A stretch of 64,000 bases of DNA from positions 1,488,001-1,552,000 of the forward strand of contig OZ024747.1 in the NCBI GenBank assembly GCA_964016885.1. The letters are read 5' to 3'. This DNA is from Eledone cirrhosa (Eukaryota). The notes beneath the pieces are model-generated. The model did no database searches and was not told where the DNA came from. It was given only the letters and a program-made list of their open reading frames with translations. The translations under genes were made by a program, and so were the position numbers. Numbering within the stretch: position 1 is the first letter of the stretch; each line of letters starts with the position of its first letter. This document shows, piece after piece, positions 58,345 to 64,000 of this stretch.

Positions 58345-58830
58345 TCCAATCCCAGGTAGATCCCATAGAAGTAGTTGACAGTTTCTGTTACTTAGGTGAG
58401 TTAATTATAGGATGTTGCTCTGAAAGCATAGTCACTAGAATATGAACAATCTTTAAAAGGTTCAGGGAGTTAATACCCCTGTTGAGAACTAAAGTCAAGT
58501 TGTATGATGCCTACATGCAGAGTCATCTGACACATGTTAGTGAGATATGAGCACTGAATGTAGAGAATATGTAAAGTCTGGAGAGAAACGAAGCATACTT
58601 TTGATTGATGTGCAGTATGGATGAGCTGAGAGAAAAACTGGTATGAAGATGTGATGCATAAGAAGTGCCAAGAAACCCCAGTAGAGGAAGACCTGGGCAG
58701 ATGTAGTGAAGGCTGGTCAATGGTGAACCTCACAATGGGGATTATGAAGAAAAAGTGGAGAAAGGTTGTGCTTGAAAAAACCTGTCCAACTCATGCAAGC
58801 ATTGAAAAATGTATGTAAAATGATGATGAT
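58345..58830 (+). mobile_element. Highly degraded RTE LINE 3' part
   Basis: GAAGTAGTTGACAGTTTCTGTTACTTAGG matches the EVVDSFCYL region of the other copies; TGATGATGAT tail. Confidence 0.75.
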
Positions 58831-61800
58831 GTATCACGTGAAACATGGTGGTTATTTTTTCTTTTTTTTTAATGAAAGGAAGAATGTCTGCAGTACCTAT
58901 GTCGTCTGTGTAATATAATGGACTTGTAATGTTAAACTAGATGATAAAGTCTGCCTCTGAAGAACACATATTGTTACACTGACAAAAATTTCACTCACAA
59001 GCAACACTCACTCCAATTTTTCCCAGACATTTGGTCGAATGGTTGATGTGTTGAGAAAAAATATTTTAAATTCAAAGCTACTGTGCAGCAACATTTTAAA
59101 GCTACTCAGTAACAAGGGTTTAATGTGCATGGCACCAGTACAGTGGTGCACCCATGCAGCTGAGGAGGAACGATGCTGACAAGACATCTAGTTGACCTCA
59201 GGCTGTATTAGGAGGCACTTATATCGACATTGTAGTGTGGGTATGGGGTTGTGAAGTGAGTTTCTAACACAGCCATAGCTACACTCATTTAAAAGTACCT
59301 TTAACAAAATTTCATCCTTTTCTTTGCTCTGCTCTTCTCCAATCCAACAGATTTCATAGTAATGGTGCGATGACTTGTGACCAAATGGATAGGAGGGGGT
59401 ACTAAATAGATCAGCACAGGGTTAAAGTTCAAGTGGCAGTTCTTTTGATGTGGTTATGAACAAAGCTATTCACATTACTGTCAACATCTGTCAGGTAAGC
59501 AACAGACAAGCTAGTTATGTTACCTGTGATACACTTGGTTTCACTTCAGTAACAAGGAAATATGTTAGATACCATGAAATCCAGGGTAAATCACTGAAGT
59601 GTGAACAACTTAAGAACTTAACAACTGTGAATGGTGTGACTGATAGAGAGGGGGAAGTGGACTGTGGAGGAGGAGATTACAGAGGTTGTATGTGAACTTT
59701 AAAGGAGGGGAGCAGTGGGAGGTGGAGGATTTTTACTAGAGTCTACAGAAGAGACAGTATCTGAAGAGGTGAGGTGGTGGGGTGATAGGGTAGCTGGTTG
59801 GTGTGAGGGTGGTGGTGTGATTGACTTCATGGGCTTAGGTGAGTGAGGCCTCAACTAAAGTTTAGGTTACCCTCACTGACTGAACAGTCATATATTGGGC
59901 TTGGACCTCAAAGTCATGGATTTGGCTGCACAGGTGGTGGAGGCAAAGGAATTGGGTGTAGGGCAGGGAATGTTTGGTGTGGGTGGGGTCCGAGGATGAA
60001 GGAACAATTGGTGAAGATGGAGTTGAGCTGTTCTTGGGTGAGTGAAGTGGCGCCAATTCAGTCATTGATGTATCGACCATATAGCTCCAGAGTGGGGCCT
60101 CAACGTAGCCAATGAATAAGTTGGCAACCCCAATTACCCTTTGGTAAACCTCACCCAAGATGGAAAAGCAATTAAGGGCAAAAACCAGCTCGGCAAAGCA
60201 GATGAGGGTGGAGTTGGAGGGGAGGAGGCATCTTGAGTTGTGGGGGTGGAGTTGATGTAGGCAGAGATGAGTTCTGTGGGCCTGGGGCAGCTGGGGTGTC
60301 AGGTATTTTAGGGAGGAAGTAGATGGTGGAGGTAGAGACGATAAGATTGGTTGCAGTGGAGGGCAGGAGTAAAGAGATGACATATTGGTGGAGGAAGCTT
60401 GATGTTAGTATTGTTGGGTGGGGTCTAAAGGTAGAGGGTTGTGGAGCACTGTTGTTTTATATCATATATCCAGTATATGGTCAGGTTACCACATAATGTG
60501 ACGACCCATCTGATGCAATTATGGACAATAGATGTCAAACAGTGATGATGATGATTGAGGGAGAGAGAGTATGTAGTGGAAAAAGTGTGTATAGTTCTGT
60601 ATCATTGCTACTTTCACCTCCTCCACCTCCTCCACCACTACCACCATCACCACCTCCACCTCTACTACCTCCACCAACACCATCATCACCACCTCCACCA
60701 CCTCCTCCACCACCACCATCATCACCACCATCATCACCTCCACCACCACCACCACCACCACCTCCACCATCATCACCGCCACCTCCATCATCATCACCGC
60801 CATCTCCATCATCACCACCACCACCACCATCATCACCGCCACCACCATCACCACCACCACCACCACCATCATCATCACCGCCATCTCCATCATCACCACC
60901 ACCTCCACCATCATCGCCACCTCCACCATCACACCATCACCCCCACCTCCACCACCACCACTACCAACACCAACACCACCATCACCACTATCACCCGCCA
61001 CCATCATCACCACCACCAACACCAAATCCACCACCATCACCACCACCACTACCAACACCACCACCACCACCATTACCACCACCACCACCACTACCAACAC
61101 CAACACCACCATCACCACTATCACCCGCCACCATCATCACCACCACCAACACCAAATCCATCACCACCACCATTACCACCACCACCACCACCACTACCAA
61201 CACCACCACCACCATCACCACCACCACCATCACCACCATAACCCCTCCACCATCATCACCACCACCACCACCACCATCACCACCACCACCACCACCACCA
61301 CAACCACAGTAGCAGTAGCAACAACAAATCCATCTGCCAGTCTAATGTAATTAATTCTTACATTGATCTATTGTACATGGAAGCAATGAGGGTTTGAAAT
61401 GTGTGTTAATCCTATATCATTGACACTGCTCAACAACAGTGGTGGTTACACCAATAGAAGGTCATACAGCTAGGTCATACATGATAGGTCCTTATTTATT
61501 GATCTGTAGGGGATCATTAACATTTCAACATCTGCTTTCCCCGCTAGCATGGGTTCAACAGGTCTCCATCGACAAAGTCAATACTGAAGCTGGGCTGCTG
61601 ACCTCCCAGACAGGCCGAGGGGTCTGTATGTCACTTGTGTTCACTCATCGAGTGCAAAGAAGTTGTCAGGTCTTTTGACACAAACTGAAGAGTCCTCCCA
61701 ACCCCTTCTTTGACAAGCTTTCTATGGACGGATGTCCTCCCCAACACCAACCACCTTACAGCATGTACTGTGTGCTTTTATTGTATAGATCACCATCAAT

Positions 61801-62633
61801 ATGGAAGCTGTCATGTCCTTCACATGACTGAGGGTCCACCCAGCCCTCTGTCAAGCTTTCTATGATTGAATGCCCTCCCTAACACCAACCACTCTACCAT
61901 TTCTGCCAGATTTCTCCAATGGTGCCTCTATTGACATACTAAAAGTAACCACCAAACCACCCTCAAACCATACCCTACTGTGTTAATAAATGGACACATT
62001 GGATAAGTACAAATAATCTGTGTCTGAATTTAAAAAAACAGGATGTTTATAGCTAGAAGACCATTAACGGCAGCAGCTGAATCAGAGCTGACTTGAGGCT
62101 AAATACTCTTCTCTCTCTCTCTCTCATGATGTCTACATATTAGAGATTATATTGGATTTGATTGTACCTGATTCACCCTACCATCTTTGCACATCTCTAA
62201 TACTACCTCTCCCTCTCTTTATTCCCCTCTCTCTTGCGTAATGACCGAAATGATACAAGCGACAGAAATGATGTTCCTCCGAAGGGTCTCTGAAGTAACT
62301 CTATTCCTTATTTATTCCTATATCATTTCATTACCTGTGTCATAAATTCTCCTGATTATATCAGCTTCTATCATTAATGTTCTTTCATACACACTCAGTT
62401 CTTTTGTTCTCTGAGGTCAGAAGAGTTTCTTACATAGGTACTAGGCCAGAAATTTGGGGAGAATTGACTCAAGTACTTGACTGACTGTGTGGTTAAGAAG
62501 TTCACTTTGCAACCACATGGTTTTGACTACTAGACTCTCTGCATGGCACCTTGAACAGGTGTTTTCTACTATAGCCTCAGATCACCTTATGCCATGTGAG
62601 TGAATTTTGTTGACAGAAATTATGAGGAAACCC

Positions 62634-62677
<44 letters not shown>

Positions 62678-63324
62678 AATTTACCACATGTCTTCATATC
62701 ATCAACATTTAAAACTAAGTGGTGATACTTGTTTATGTCCCATATAAACAATATAGTTTTACAGTTCAACAAAGATGAGTGGCAGATATTATAGTTAGAA
62801 ATAAGGTGATGATTGGCATCAAATTGGACACCTGACCATAGAAAAAACTGCTTCAAAACGTCTTGTCCAACCCATGCCAGTGTGGAAAGCAAACACACAA
62901 ATGATGATGATGATGATTACTCCAGAAAGGTGAAAAGTAAAGTTGGCTGCAGCAGGATTTGAACTCAAAATTTGAAATCATAATAGCATAAACCATTTCA
63001 TTTGGTGCTCCACTGATTCTGTCAATATCTTGGATTCTCTACAAAGATTGTGGCTGCTTCCCATCCTTCTCATACTAACTCTAGAGAATAAGGTGACCCC
63101 CCCCCCCTCCCAATCTCCAAGTTTCCTTGATTGAGGTTGACCTATGATTAACCCTTTAGCATTTTACTCTATATTTACTATTATATTTTTTATGATAGAG
63201 GCTTTGCCTCACATAATATCGAATCTGAAATTTTGAGAACAATACCTCAACATCAGTATGAGTGGCTGGTTATAGCCGGTTTAAATGCTATAGGGTTAAA
63301 CAACTTCTTATTGATATATAAAAT

Positions 63325-63525
63325 AATGGTTTCTGATTTTAGGCACAAGGCCAATAATTTTGGGGGAGGGGAAAGTCGATTAAATCGACCTCAGTGTGTG
63401 ACTAGTACTTTATTTTATTGACCCTGTGTAAGGATGAAAGGATTTGAACTCAGACTGTAAAGGGCCATAACTCTGTTACAAAGCATATTGTCCAACGCCT
63501 TATCAATACTGCCAATCCACCACCC
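63325..63525 (-). mobile_element. tRNA-derived SINE copy
   Basis: Same core and head, with a small internal deletion. Confidence 0.8.
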
Positions 63526-63659
63526 TTAATATATAAAATAACATCCGACTGTTTTAAATTAAGGTTACATTGAATAGAAGGGATGGTCACAGTTGGAATG
63601 TCTTTGATCATTGGTTTGTTCATTCAAGACATACCTGCGGTCAAACACCAAGAACAGAC

Positions 63660-64000
63660 AGGATGGTCATAGCTATAACATAAGTCTCCTTGACCAACAC
63701 TGACCAGGGTAGGATGGTCATAGCTATAACATAAGTCTCCTTGACCAACACTGACCAGGGTAGGATGGTCATAGCTATAACATAAGTCTCCTTGACCAAC
63801 GCTGACCAGGGTAGGATGGTCATAGCTATAACATAAGTCTCCTTGACCAACACTGACCAGGGTAGGATGGTCATAGCTGTAACATAAGTCTCCTTGACCA
63901 ACACTGACCAGGGTAGGATGGTCATAGCTGTAACATAAGTCTCCTTGACCAACACTGACCAGGGTAGGATGGTCATAGCTATAACATAAGTCTCCTTGAC
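63660..64000. repeat. 51-bp minisatellite running off the window end
   Basis: AGGATGGTCATAGCTATAACATAAGTCTCCTTGACCAACACTGACCAGGGT. Confidence 0.96.

Noticed and set aside
59300-60500. Possible degenerate LINE ORF1 or 5' region on the minus strand (ORF 59862..60383)
   Set aside because: Low-complexity S/P-rich translation with no intact CCHC knuckle or other motif that I can support.
63641-63976. 111-aa repeat protein (MTILPWSVLVKETYVIA)n
   Set aside because: Translation of a 51-bp minisatellite whose unit happens to be a multiple of 3.

Overview
Repeat-saturated, gene-poor animal DNA. It is most likely an octopus or other coleoid cephalopod, inferred from the extreme (TA)n/(CA)n/(CCA)n content and the SINE and RTE families. 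No host protein-coding gene can be called, and almost all long ORFs are translated microsatellites. Recognisable elements: a damaged Penelope-like element (PLE; RT plus C-terminal GIY-YIG, minus strand, about 14970-16640); a nearly intact 5'-truncated RTE LINE (34659-37238) and degraded relatives; a CR1/L2-type 3' end; a mariner remnant; hAT-type MITEs; many tRNA-derived SINEs; and several minisatellites. The main hidden signal is in the short unique islands between (TA)n tracts. Read by hand, they contain about 30 type I minimal hammerhead-ribozyme (HHR) motifs in about 17 unrelated sequence families. Two families carry the compensatory U3-A8 core, and most have a mismatch at the base of stem II. 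Several sit in tandem or terminally redundant 515-591 nt units, or in fold-backs whose junctions coincide with the ribozyme. This looks like a diverse population of microsatellite-targeting, non-autonomous PLE-dependent or retrozyme-like (circRNA) elements. All RNA structures were folded by eye and no activity has been shown.
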